Shown in pieces: positions 1 through 11,799 of a DNA stretch of 64,000 nt. The first letter of the stretch is position 1; every line of letters begins with the position of its first letter. Source of the stretch: Octopus bimaculoides (Eukaryota); assembly GCF_001194135.2 (NCBI RefSeq), contig NC_068990.1, positions 5,353,768 through 5,417,767 on the forward strand, read 5' to 3'. A model generated the notes under the pieces. The model was given only the letters and a program-made list of their open reading frames with translations. It was not told the DNA's origin and did no database searches. The position numbers and the translations under genes were made by a program.

Positions 1-188
1 GGCCAAATTGCATCCTGATGTCATCACTGAATTGTTTAACAATCGCTAGTAGGCCTTTGAGTTGTTGGTCATTTTTTGCAAAGAGCTTTAAATCAACCAT
101 GTAAATGAGATGATTTATATTTTTATCAAATATTTTATAACCATACTGTGCATCATTGAGCAATTTTGAGAGCGGTATTAGGGCTAGA

Positions 189-189
<1 letters not shown>

Positions 190-224
<35 letters not shown>

Positions 225-271
225 CATTATTATTATTATCATTATTATTATTAATATTATCATTATTATTA

Positions 272-315
<44 letters not shown>
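190..315. repeat. (ATT)n/(ATC) microsatellite
   Basis: Directly visible; source of the poly-I and poly-N ORFs at 153-393. Confidence 0.97.
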
Positions 316-815
316 GTTACTGAGTGAGAGAGCAACACATGCCATCAAAGTGACAGTGGGGTACAAATATATGAAGCCCAGTATACCCATCATGGCTACC
401 CATATGATAAGGGTACAGCAGGCACATATGTTTGTGACATGGTGATTTTATATCAAGGTAAACAGCACATGACTTTGCAGGTGGGGCCCAGTTAGAATTT
501 TCTTCAGGTCGAGTAGCCCATCCCACTCCCCTGAATAAGTGTCGTTTAAGGATGTTCAAAAAAACACCCATGTTTTCAGAGGTGAATTATTCAGACCCCC
601 CAAAATTCCTCTCAACATGCAGCTATGATGCTCTCCCACCACTTCTGCTCATGATGCACCAAGGGACATGTTCATCTGGTTAAGGTCAAACAACTGACAA
701 GCAAATCTGTGGAATTGAGCAGAATATTTGCTGTAGCCCATTTTTTTTTACACCATGACAAAACATGTATATGATAACACTTCCAATCAGTTACAATCAG
801 AAAGCAGAGAGCCAG
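190..815 (-). mobile_element. Interspersed retroposon (SINE-like) ending in an (AAT)n tail
   Basis: Body 316-815 is more GC-rich than its flanks and runs into (ATT)n 190-315, read as a 3' tail on the minus strand. Resembles a common octopus repeat from memory; only one copy seen here. Confidence 0.45.
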
Positions 816-894
816 TGCCTCATATTAAATCATATTATTATTATTATTATTATTATTGTTATTATTATTGTTATTATTATTATTATTATTATTG

Positions 895-1147
895 AGGCAG
901 CAGGCTGGTAGAGTCGTTAGCACACCAGGTGAAATGCGTAGCAGCATTTCATCCATCTTCGGGTTCTGAGTTCAAAATTCTGTCATGGTCGACTTTGCCC
1001 TTCATCCTTTCAGGGTCGATAAAATAAGTACCAGTTAAACACTGGTTTGATGTAATCGACTTAACCATCCCCTGAAATTGCTGGCCTTGTGCTAAAATTT
1101 GAAATCATCATTATTATTATTATTATTATTATTACTATTATTATTAT
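895..1147 (+). mobile_element. tRNA-derived SINE, family A
   Basis: Head ggcagcaggctggtagagtcgttagcac, B-box-like gttctgagttcaaa, core gtcgactttgcccttcatcctttcagggtcgataaaataagtaccagtt, (ATT)n tail. The same core recurs more than 20 times in the window and resembles the Meta/MESC-type SINE domain (family assignment from memory). Confidence 0.85.
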
Positions 1148-2829
1148 AGGGGTAATTTAATCCTCTAACACCTTCACTCAAATTTCTAGCCTTGTGTCTA
1201 TGCAAGTAACATTTATTATTATCATAATCACCATCAACTCTTCTATTATCATTTCTAAAAATACTCAACCTTCAAACAACCTCAAATTTGACAACATACC
1301 AGAAAATACTTTTTACGAAACTACATTTGATTTTAAGTTATCTGTTTTATGCAAACCTATGCAGTAGTGTTAATAATAATAATCTTAAATCTACATCTCC
1401 TGTTTTCAGGTGTAGAAAATGAATGAATTTTAAACTTTTGTCTTATGTATATATAAGCAAAGTAATAAAATAGCTGTATTAAAATTTATTTTCTCTTCAA
1501 TATTCCTTGCAGTCCTTTTAATTTTACATTATTCATAACAGAATTTTTATTTACAACATTTATATTTATTATTCACAGACAGATTTGTCACTAATGTGGA
1601 CTGGAATTTGTTAAAGGAAAAGAAAAGAAAAGTTGGAAAAAACAGGGAGAGAAAGCTTTCATTTGAAAGTCTTCATTGATATTTCAGTGTTTCCTTAAGC
1701 AAATATTCTTTGACTCAAGCAGTCAAGGTGAATATTTGTGTCACATATTCACTTCTTTAATGGAATAGTTGGGGTCTAAAGGTCATATACACTCTTGTAA
1801 TTCAGCCAAATATTCAGAATTTTAAAACCAGCCACCTCTCTTCAACATAAAATGAAAATGAAATTTTGAATATGAAACTAGGAATGAATAAAAATAACTT
1901 ATAAAGCTAAGATTTATTGTTTAAAATAAAAATTAAAAAATGAAAATGAGATTTTATAAAAATTATGTTCATGAATATAAAACTAGACTTTATTTTATCA
2001 GCCATCTCCTAGCATGAATGAACAGCAAGGGAGGGAAGACACTAGTGGAATTTAAACTCTGAATTTAACAAAGTCATATAAAGCATTTTGTCCACTGCTG
2101 TACTGATTCCCCAATTCATAAACTTTTAATGAGGTACAAATAAGTATTTATTTTATTATAAGTCAGTATTAACAATAATTGTAATAATCATTAACATAGA
2201 ATCAAAACTGTTCAGTTTGAGTGAAGATTGATCTAAAAAAAAAGCAGTGGAATTCAAACTTTAAAAGGCAAAGAGAGGCAATTAAATACTGTAAGGTATA
2301 TTTGTCTAACATTCTGCTGATTCGACCAAACAAAGAACTGGGAACAAAATACCCAGCTGAATAAGAACAAAGTACAGGACATCATTGCATCAAATATAGC
2401 TATTAACATTGTTAAAATAACACTGAAGCAAACCAAAATTAGCTGGAAAAACTTTTAAGGAAATTAATGTTAATGATGTATCAATGTATTATTTTAAATG
2501 TTATTAATTTATGTTTAATTTCAAAATTAGGTTTTATTAATGTCTACACAAAATACTAGTTGGAAATCAGGCACCATTGCATTAATGGAGCACAAGTTAA
2601 ATCAAAACAGACAACTCGGCTCTAAACAAAGAAAGAAAATCCTTTCAAATGAAGGTAATGTAATTCTACTAAAAATTGAAAGCAGTATGAATACGTAAAA
2701 ATTGATGCATAATATGTATGAAATATGGGGTGTGTAAAAATACACATTGCTAGAAATGGATAAACTGGTAATCTATAAAAATAATTGCAATCTAAATGAA
2801 GGGGCGAACTTCATTCCACAAATATCTCA

Positions 2830-3110
2830 GATAAAATAGAAAGTCATAAAAAGAAATGCCTCCAGAATTCATATCTTACAGTTATGCTTTAACTTTAATA
2901 GAGATTTCTGCATTTCTGCAAAATATACTTATAATAACTGGAGAAGAAACAACCCTGATATAAAAATAACTTTGGACACCAATGTAAGAGGATACATTAT
3001 CAAGACCAAACACAACATCACAAAGAGAACACTTGAAGAAATATGTAGGAAAGATACAAACAGCAAACAGACAAATATCAGCAAAAATACAAATATTAAA
3101 TAAAGAATTA
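2830..3110 (+). mobile_element. R4/Dong-like non-LTR retrotransposon, decayed N-terminal ORF region
   Basis: Manual translation gives SYSYAL and YNNWRRNNPDIKITLDTNVRGYIIKTKHNITKRTLEEICR, resembling the YYAL...W..RNP...NVRR N-terminal pattern of R4/Dong ORFs. Confidence 0.5.
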
Positions 3111-3159
3111 AAACTAGAAATATTGATTTCTTAGATAAGCACAAGGACAGACATTTTTA

Positions 3160-3280
3160 GGATGAAAAGCAAAGTCGACCTTGGCAGAATTTAAAGAAAT
3201 TTGAAATCAGAACATGAAGAAGAATGAAATGCCACTAAGCATTTCACCTGGCTTGCTAATGATTCAGCCAGCTCACCACC
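3160..3280 (-). mobile_element. SINE family A, partial
   Basis: ggatgaaaagcaaagtcgaccttggcagaattt...gctaatgattcagccagctcacc is the reverse complement of the family A head and core. Confidence 0.75.
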
Positions 3281-3320
3281 TCACCAAATAATAAACTATC
3301 GACAATAAATGGTGACAAAA

Positions 3321-3785
3321 GGCAGCAAGCTGGCGGAAACGTTAGCACCGGTGTGGTGCCACATAAAAGAACCCATGTGGTGACACATAAAAGCACGTGT
3401 GTGGTGGCACATAAAAGCACTTGTGTGGGATCACATAACAGTGACCATGTGGTGTCACATAAAATGCCCAAGTGGTGCCATGTAAAAGTGCCCATGCGAT
3501 GTCACATGAAAGTGCATGTGTGGTGCTATGTAAAAGTGCTTGTTCAATGCCATGTAAGAGCACTCATGCAGTGTCACATAAAAGTGCCCATGTGGTGTTA
3601 TGTAAAAGCACCCAACATACTCTATAAAGTAGTTGGCCTTGAGAAGGGTATCCAGCCATAGAAACCATGTCAAATCAGACTGGAGTCTGATGCATCTCCC
3701 TAGCTTCCCAGCTATGGTCAAAGCATCTAACCCATGCCAACATGGACAAAGGACATTGAATGATGATGATGAAAATGATGACAAT
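3321..3785 (+). mobile_element. SINE family C with internal 24-bp minisatellite
   Basis: gagaagggtatccagccatagaaaccatgtcaaatcagactggagtctg...aacccatgccaacatgg followed by a (GAT)n tail; homologous to 39958-40100 and 43305-43600. Confidence 0.8.
3353..3615. repeat. 24-bp minisatellite, 11 units
   Basis: Units of the form gtggtgccacataaaagcacccat counted by hand (one unit is 23 bp). Confidence 0.92.
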
Positions 3786-4199
3786 TAAATCCCCCAAATT
3801 ACTGCCTATAGTATACCAATTCTTAACAGCATTATTATAGCAAAGGATAAATGCTAAGCAGGAATAAAAATGGAATTCTACTTCACCTAATAGAAATAAT
3901 GGTCAGATTGCCTTTTGTGATCTTGAAAAAACGAAGAATATATTAGACAAAGTAGTTTGAGATATATGAAAGACAGCAGCTATTGTTGGCATTCTTTTAT
4001 TGTAATTCTACTCAATCAGAGATAAAATCTTTTATAGTATATTTCTATTAAAAAATATGTTATTAAGAAGTGCTTCAGAGGTTCGTAAGAATGACATTGC
4101 ATTGATATTTAAAGCAAAGTTAAATCTTAAAAATTAAGGAAATAACTATCTGCATTCTAGTTAGTAAATAACAAAACCATAACTTGAGATTGAGAACGA

Positions 4200-4970
4200 G
4201 AAAGAAGAGTCAGAAAATAGCAAAGAGTGATAACCAAAAAGCTTATGATGATATCCCCTACTCATGGATTGTGGAAATATTAGACATCAGTGAAGCAGTA
4301 CCAACCATTCAAGAGTACAAAATAAACAATTCTACTAATCTAAACAAAAACAACAATCATGAAAACTAATCTCATCCCAATCAAAAGAGATTATTCCAGG
4401 TATCTCCTTCTGCCAACTTCTATTCAGTTTATTGAAAATGTCTTTGACCAATAACGAAATCAGACTGCATCAGAAACTAGTGTTATAGGATGGCAATCAA
4501 CTATCTATCTCCTCTATACAGATGTTCTCCATAAAAAGGAGATGGTATGTTTGATATAACAGACAATTAGAAAGAAATCTTGTTACATAAAGTCAGTGAG
4601 GAAATTGGCTAGGAGAACAGTTTGGAAAAATACACCAAGGCAACCTTTTACAGAGAAAAATTAATTAAAAAAAACATTAATGTCATGTTGGATAAAGAAA
4701 TTATATAAAGACCAAAGACAGACTTCCAAATACTTGGAAATTAATGAAGTAGAGAGAATACAGTATACACAAATCAAAGAAAAGGTTAGAATGGGCAATT
4801 ATAGTCAGACATGGTAGATTAATACTTAAATTTGAGTTAATTACAAAAACAACAACACTCTAAATATTGTAGAAAAAAAGTTACAGTAATAATATTCTCA
4901 ACTAGAAGTTCAATGATTTAGCAAGACTAGACAGGAAAGCTAGAAAAATAATGAGCAAGTTTGAAATACA
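4200..4970 (+). mobile_element. R4/Dong-like reverse transcriptase fossil
   Basis: Frame-shifted motifs in RT order: SDNQKAYDDIPYSWIVEIL (cf. IDYKKAYDSVPHSWI), KRLFQ (cf. KRGIFQG), YTDVL (cf. YMDDL), SEEIG*ENSLEKYTKA, SKYLEINE...IKEKVR, NDLARLDRKARKIMS. Confidence 0.8.
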
Positions 4971-5378
4971 CAATTTAAAAGCCAATAAATAAGAAATTGG
5001 GACAGTTAAGAAAATGTGAGAACAGAAAGAAAGGGAAGGGAAAGTAGATGAAGTAAAAACAAAAGTAAAAATAAAAAAGCAAAGAAATGGAAGTATTAAA
5101 ACTGGGTAAATGGAGTTACACATAGTAAATAAATAAATTAGTGTCTCCCAGCTGTTAATGAATAAACCAACCTACCCTTTAATGTGGGACGGTTGGGACA
5201 GTTTTAATGCATTTAATGTTATCAAATACAAGTTTTGATTTATTTTCTTTAAGCAATTAATATAACCAATCTTATCTATTGTGAGCTTGTTATGTCTGCT
5301 CCACTATATAGTCCTCTTTTTCAATGACTATAGGCTACTACTAATCCTCTAAAATTATTAAATGTATATATATTATGG

Positions 5379-5432
<54 letters not shown>

Positions 5433-5446
5433 AAATAATAATAATT

Positions 5447-5662
5447 AAGGTGGCGAGCTGGCAAAATCGTTAGCACACCAGGCAAAATGCTTTGCGGTAT
5501 TTCGAGGTCGAGGTCGACTTTGCCTTTTATCCTTTCGGGGTCGATTAAATAAGTACCAGTTACGCACTGGGTCGATGTAACCGATTTATCTCTTTGTCTG
5601 TCCTTGTTTGGCCCCTCTACGTTTAGCCCCCGTGGGCAATAAAGAAATATATCATAATAATA
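5447..5662 (+). mobile_element. SINE family A, CpG-retaining copy with internal deletion
   Basis: ggcgagctggcaaaatcgttagcac...tttcgaggtcgaggtcgactttgccttttatcctttcggggtcg; follows (AAT)n 5380-5446. Confidence 0.85.
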
Positions 5663-5713
5663 ATGGAACATCCTCCCACACGATGAGTAGTATTTGCTAG
5701 TCGTTACAAATAC

Positions 5714-6176
5714 TGTGACGTCGAGAAGTCAGAAGTCGGTCATATATAGTCGTGTCTTACTTGGACGTTATAACAGTCCGATGTTGGATTACAACAGTGG
5801 CGACGAGGAATTAAACTCATGAGAATTCAAGAAACTCACAAGGAGTTACGAAAATCACAAAAGTTTTTGTGCAAATTTAACGGAATACAAAAGCGTAAAA
5901 TTATGGATAATTTGTTTGCTCGAGTTGCAAAAAGAGCAATAACAATAATAACTTCAGGAACAACAGAAGCAGCTGCAGAAACAGCAACAACAACCACTGC
6001 AGGAATAGCAACAACAACAAAAATTACTACTGCAAGAACAACAACAACAACAAATGCTGAAATTAATGAATAGTAAGTCGTCCAAAAATGCTGAAAAGAT
6101 ATTCTCACCAGATTATGCTGCAAACTCAATAACGGAATTTAAGTATGACCCAGACGAAGGAGTTACCTTCGAGGCA
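5714..6176 (+). mobile_element. Ty3/Gypsy (Mag-like) LTR retrotransposon 5' fragment: short LTR, PBS, gag start
   Basis: TGT...ACA bracket 5714-5796 (LTR start uncertain); TGGCGACGAGGA at 5798-5809; Gln-rich gag frame with CAA>TAA stops, ending FSPDYAANSITEFKYDPDEGVTFEAY, a Mag-like gag pattern. Confidence 0.7.
5798..5809 (+). other. Primer-binding site complementary to the tRNA-Ser(GCU) 3' end
   Basis: TGGCGACGAGGA is the reverse complement of UCCUCGUCGCCA, the metazoan tRNA-Ser(GCU) 3' end, and lies 1 nt after the LTR-terminal ACA. Confidence 0.75.
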
Positions 6177-6310
6177 TACATACATACATACATACATACG
6201 TACGTACGTACGTACGTACATGCATGCATGCATACATACATACATACGTACGTACGTACATGCATGTATGCATACATACATACATATATACATATATTTA
6301 AATACATATA
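6177..6310. repeat. Compound (TACA)/(TACG)/(TGCA) microsatellite
   Basis: Directly visible; starts exactly where gag is truncated. Confidence 0.95.
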
Positions 6311-6471
6311 GGGACAGAGAGCAAAGATACACTTTTGTAGACACTGGCTACTTGATGGATGTGAATTCTTAATAATGAAGTATTTTATTTTGTGTCATTG
6401 TTTTTGAAAATTAAGAAGTTATATTTTTACGTAATTGACAGGCATCTGTTTTCTGCTGAGATAGTCTTTAC

Positions 6472-6550
6472 CAAAGGTTAAGACCCAAGAGAAATAACAA
6501 AGGTTAAGACCCAAAAGGAATAAACAAAAATTAAGTCCCCAGAGGAATAA
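6472..6550. repeat. Three diverging 26-27 bp tandem units
   Basis: caaaggttaagacccaagagaaataa / caaaggttaagacccaaaaggaataaa / caaaaattaagtccccagaggaataa. Confidence 0.8.
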
Positions 6551-6939
6551 TAATGAGCTCCCATAAGTGCTTAAGTAAATACTAAAACTGCAAACTCATG
6601 GGAAAACGATGAGATGAAATTTCTAAATAACAAATGTATCAAACTATTTTATGTTTTCAAATTTGCTAACATCTGCGTCTGGAGCAAGCCAACCAAGCAC
6701 CAAGGAAGACAGAGACAGTGCACAAATTGTGGAAGCTCTTCCTAGCAATTTTCAACCTACTCTAAACAATTGGATATATATGCTAATCAGATTGGTCATA
6801 GGGATCAGCTAAAAGTACTACAGAACAAGGACTTCACTCAATCACACACTTGGGCTCTTGCATTGATAGCAAGAATTTCAGGCCTTGTAGGATGTTTCTC
6901 TATTTCACCTGATTAAGTAGGTCCTTCCTCCTGTTATAG

Positions 6940-7120
6940 AAGCCAACAATGTTGAAGCAACATTTGCAAAGCATTCATCTACACAAGAATAAAGACAAAA
7001 GTTGTTCCAAAAGTCAAGGAAGTGACCTCAAAAAGATGAAGTTAGATTCAACTGGAGCATCACAAGAAATGAACCAAAAGATCAATGAAGCGTTGGAGAT
7101 AGCAAAGCAGAATAAAACAC
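6940..7120 (+). mobile_element. hAT (Charlie/SPIN-like) transposase N-terminal fragment
   Basis: KPTMLKQHLQSIH..KNKD...LKKMKLDSTG...IAKQNKTH matches the KPSKLKRHL...H...LK..RLD.TG...IAK.KK.H pattern following the BED finger; it stops at the mariner end. Confidence 0.6.
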
Positions 7121-8106
7121 ACATGAGGGTTGGTCATTAAAGACTTCCCCTGACCCACTTCCCAAGGACAAGGATAAACAGAACTTGGCATTATTATTAG
7201 TCCTTCTCTACATAGCCATCTCCAATGGTGACACACTTCTCCCATCAGTTTATGCACCTTTGAAGACCTCATCTGTATAAGTTGGTAGGTTGTGTCTGAA
7301 GGCAAGACTTTATCTCAGAAATAAGTTCATCATCATCCAAAAAGTACTTCCTCTTCAAAAAAGACTTCACGGTTGGAAAGAGGCGGAAGTCAAATGGTGT
7401 GAAGTTAGGAGAGTAATGGGGATGTGGAAGGATTTCATAGCCGCAGGTGTGTGCTTTCATCTGGACAACATGCACATTGTGAACTGGGGTGTTGGCTTGG
7501 AGGAGTCGGACTCCTTTGGTCGGCATCCCATGCCTCTCTGCTTTGATTGCATTCTGCAATTTCTGCTGCAGAGAAGCATAATATGTCCCATTAATTGTGG
7601 TGCACTTTTCCAGAAAATCCATCATCACTACTCTGTATTGGTCCCAAAAGATTGCGACCATCACCTTGCTTGCTGAGGGCTGAACACAAGCCTTCTTCTT
7701 CCACTGCTTTGACTGGACTTTGGTCTCAGGATCATAGTGATGGACCCATGTTTCATCCTATGTGATAAGTCTGCTGAAAAAGTCCGCCTTGTTTTTTTTG
7801 GCATTGTCACCATAAGCTTATTTCATCTCATCAAAAAATCTCTTTTGGTGTTTGACTTTTCAAGTAGAAACCTGATCTGCATTCAACTGATCTGATTCCC
7901 TGATATGCATTCAACTGCCTCCATTATAACAGCTTAGCCCACTTCAGTAGCCATAAAAGACAAATAAATATTAGTGGAAGGCTGCAATTTACAGTGTGAC
8001 GTATAGAGACATGTATCGTTATACCTGTACAATATCCATTTCCTACAAACTAAATTAAGATTTGAAAATGACCAGTGCTGTCTCCTTTCAAGCACTCCTT
8101 TATGTA
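7121..8106 (-). mobile_element. mariner transposon fossil, about 1 kb
   Basis: LIT*DETWVHHYDPETKVQSKQW, KVMVAIFWD, LLQANTPVH (second catalytic D lost), LPHPHYSPNFTPFD, EKCVTIGDGYVEK; decayed TIR-like ends acatgagggttggtcattaaag (7121) and ctttcaagcactcctttatgta (to 8106). Confidence 0.92.
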
Positions 8107-8129
8107 TCTCTCTATATACTGTTTGCGAT

Positions 8130-8680
8130 TTATCAGGAAACGTCTATGTTTTAAAGTAATTAACCTCTCCTTAAGAGCTTGTTTGAAGAGTTACCATACA
8201 GTTTTGTTCATTTGTTTATAAGATGTAACTGATGAGGTCTAAACTCGTTCCTCTTGCATTTTATTATTGTGATTAACCGACCAATATGGCAGCATAGATT
8301 TCTTCAAGTTTTGTTTTCCATCTAGGTTGTTTTGGTTTTGTGCTTTCATTACCATGTATACTGCAGATTTCTTTAAGAGTTATAGCAGCTGTGCATATGA
8401 GGGTATTAATACTCCAGTAATTAACATTACATGATTCCATGTGCTCCCCAGTGACATCCTCGATAATTTTCAACATTAGAGCTGTTGGATTTTTCTTAAT
8501 CTTGTTAAGAACAGCCTGATGTATGTATGTATGATTTTTCTTTGAGTTCTTGAGAGAGTTCAAGCCAATTGCTGACAAAGCAACAAGACTTATTGAGTTA
8601 AGAGAATTCCTGGTGTTTTTAAATATGTGGTTGAGTTGATGTGTTGGTTGAACTGTCGATGCATACACCCAAGTGTGTGC
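8130..8680 (-). mobile_element. R4/Dong-like ORF fragment (region upstream of RT)
   Basis: YWSINTLICTAAITLKE...KPKQPRWKTKLEE resembles the TN.LIY.AA...P.WK.RL block of R4/Dong ORFs; similarity continues below the ORF stop (HQLHLINK*TKLYG). Confidence 0.6.
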
Positions 8681-10969
8681 ATCTATTCACATAAGAATCA
8701 TACATAATGCTATATCTCACATTTTCAAGTAAAGTTCACGTTTATAATTTATAAACATTGTATCATCTTAACCACGCAAACACATACAGTTTTTAAGCAA
8801 GTATACAAAAGTTGCAGTCTTATAGTAAAATTGGAAACATTAAACATTTTCAACCTATGACATTGCAAATAGCAATACTTTGCTTAATACATATTCTCTT
8901 GCTTTCCATCATCATAATGCTTCTAATCTTCTGAGTGTCATGTGATATAAATTCCTTCCAGACAATTACTTATCATCAAAGAATGCATTAAGATTTTATT
9001 TCCTATTTTTAGTTTTAGAAACAAAATGTATTCATCTTGTGTAGAAATGTTATATTCCAGTGCTTCAGTAAATATGATTTACAAATCATATTTATGAATA
9101 ATAAACTATTTCTGGTACTTACAGGTTTGATCTATATACGCATTTGTGTGCTCAGCTTAGAGAATAAAATCCAGCATGATATATATAATGACATTTTGAC
9201 ACTGGTTGACTGTTTCTGGTTAACTCTTTCCTTCAACGTGTTTACATGGTGAGAATTTATCAGCAGAAACATTTGTATACTATAAAGAAAATTTTTTAAA
9301 TGTATGTTCCATGCAACTGTTTTTTCTGTGAGTAATACTTTTATTTAATCAAGAATTATCAAGAACTCTGTTCAAAATTCCGACATTTTGTTGTTTCTTT
9401 TATCTTTTGCTTTTTTTTATATACTCACCTCAGCCCCTCTCCTCTAAAGTAACAAATAGTTTCAAATAATTAATTAGTAATTAGCTTTCTGACCTTGTGA
9501 CATTACATAACCTTGACTGTTGAAACAAACAATACCACTTTTCAATTGCTAATAGTAAAAACAAATTACCCTCTTACAATAATGAGTGGTTAACAAGTTG
9601 TCTTCATCTCACCAATCTCATGAATATGCTAAAATGTCTTTCACTATCCTTTTGATATATATACATATGATTAATACATAGTTTCCGCTAAACAACCATT
9701 TTGCTCAATTTTCTAACTTTAATAGTGGGAGGGAACTATTATGAAACAGTTTGATAAAACATGGTGAATTTTGTATGCATTCATGTTTTTGTGTCTCTTT
9801 TTGTGTGTGTTTTAATGGCTAAGTAACAAACAGGAACAGGGGAAGTGCTTATGACTTTGGCATGACCTCTCAACTGTGGGAGTTGGACATTTCATTTTAA
9901 CTTCTATTTCATCAGTAGTAAATAATTTCTTTTTAGTAAATGGAAAAAACATTCAGATACATTTAATCTTGCTTGCACGTTGTTAAGCAAGTGCAAGATT
10001 CCTTTGCACTTGCTTTCCCTCTCTATCCTTCTAGTTTTTCTCATTTTCTTTTGGTTAAAGTTCCTGTGATAGATTTTTTAATGGTGTAGTTATAGTGTAA
10101 CTCTGTCTAAGTCCTGGTTCAGCAGATATTGTAACCTTGATCATTCTATCTTGTTTATGCATGGTGCATAAAAACCTATATTATCTAATGTCCCCTACTT
10201 AAAAAATATGGCAAGTGTGATATGAGGGAGATTTAGCTCTAATTTCTATCAGGTTAAGTGATCACTTACAGGTATTCTTATCTTTGCCTGTACAATTTCT
10301 AGAGGTGGAAGTATTTAGTTGATGCATTATTAATTCAACAGTTAAGATCCATTTCTTTCCATCAAACTCAATGAGACAGTTCCCATAAATAAAATCTAAT
10401 TTGAAAACTAATAAATTAAATATGATATAATTTAAAATATTCATCCAGAAAGGAATATTGTGAATAAATGCATGAAACATTTTGATATATTTCTTTATAT
10501 GATAACAGAAAGATATGATTTATTATTTTTCTTTTTTCATGAGTAGAAGCAATTTCTTTTATTCTTATATTTTATTCTTTCTAGATTTGCAGATATGAGG
10601 AAAATGTATAAGATATAAAAATTTACTAATAAATATTTTGTAATATTGATCACTGGGACACTGACAACTTACATATTTACTGCAAATGGACTATAATGCA
10701 GGCTTGTGTTTTTCTTTTTTTTATCATTTCTCAGAAAAGAAGACTTTCTTGTTTTTTACTAGTTTCAGTGGTTTGACTGGAAGTCACAGTACAAGAGTTC
10801 TTCTCCCAATTCCTCTCAGGAATTTTTGCCAAACTTTATTTAACACTGTTTTCAATCTTTATAATTTTTTCTAATCTCAGAAAAAACAATTTCATATTCC
10901 GAAGCAAATTATTGTTTGGATGATGTGAGAAATAATGGGAAGATTTAATATAAACACGAAATAATTGTT

Positions 10970-11360
10970 TGTAATTTGGGCACAAACCCAGCAATTTTGA
11001 AGGGCAGGCTTGGTCAGTAGTATGATCACTGGTATTTGACTGTTACTTTATTTTATCAACCTCAGAAGGTTCAAAGGCAAAGTGAACATAGGTGGAATTT
11101 GCAGTCAGAATCTAAAGAGTCAGAATAGATATCACTGTGTATTTTTCTTTTATGCCAAAAGGTTTTACTAATTGTCAACCTAAGATAGTTTCTAATTTAG
11201 GAACAAGACCAGCAATTTTGGGTTAACCAATTAAACAGAACCCAGTATTTAACAGGTCCTTTATATTACTGACTCTGTATGGATTAAAGGTAAAGTTCAA
11301 CAAGGTGGGATCTGGTCTGAGAATGTAAATAGGCTTATCCAAATATAATACAAAGGATAC
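10970..11360 (-). mobile_element. Two old tandem SINE family A copies
   Basis: Two diverged copies of ggcacaaacccagcaattttg...aaaggcaaagt...ggaattt...tcagaat at about 10970-11180 and 11190-11360. Confidence 0.65.
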
Positions 11361-11516
11361 AACCTATTGTTGATGCTCTATTGATTGTGCTTCCACCTCA
11401 AACAGGCAGATATATGTCCATAAGTGAATAAAAAACAGTGAATAAGTGAATAAAAAACAGTGTACTCATTACAGATATAGAGTAATACAGACATACACAC
11501 ACACACATACATATAC

Positions 11517-11780
11517 AGGCATAGCAGTGTGGTAAGAAGCTTGCTTCCCAATCACATGGTTGACTTTAGTCCCACTGCATGGCACCTCGGGCAAGTGTTC
11601 TCTACTATAGCTTTGGGCTGACCAAAGCATTGTAAGTGGATTTGGTAGACAGAAACTGAAAGAAGCTAATAGTTTATACATGTGTATGTGTGTGTGTGTG
11701 TGTGTGGGTGCGTGTGTTTGTACTCCACAGACACACACACACACACATATACGCACTGTTTGACTACTGTGTTGGGTTTA
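11517..11780 (+). mobile_element. CORE-type tRNA-derived SINE, family B
   Basis: gtgtggtaagaagcttgcttcccaatcacatgg...ggcacctcgggcaagtgttctctactatagc (CORE-like), followed by (TG)n; homologous to 61735-62090. Confidence 0.8.
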
Positions 11781-11799
11781 CATCCCTGTCACACATCTA

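Noticed and set aside
153-393. Poly-Ile and poly-Asn ORFs
   Set aside because: Translation of the (ATT)n microsatellite.
1410-1680. Possible terminal exons (GVENE* and DRFVTNVDWNLLKEKKRKVGK... on plus; HISDKSVCE* on minus)
   Set aside because: Mutually exclusive readings, all short, with no linked exon or recognisable protein; indistinguishable from chance.
3353-3661. His/Cys-periodic 102-aa ORF that looks like a metal-binding repeat protein
   Set aside because: The 8-aa period is the 24-bp minisatellite inside a SINE.
7290-7676. 128-aa plus-strand ORF
   Set aside because: Antisense shadow of the mariner transposase.
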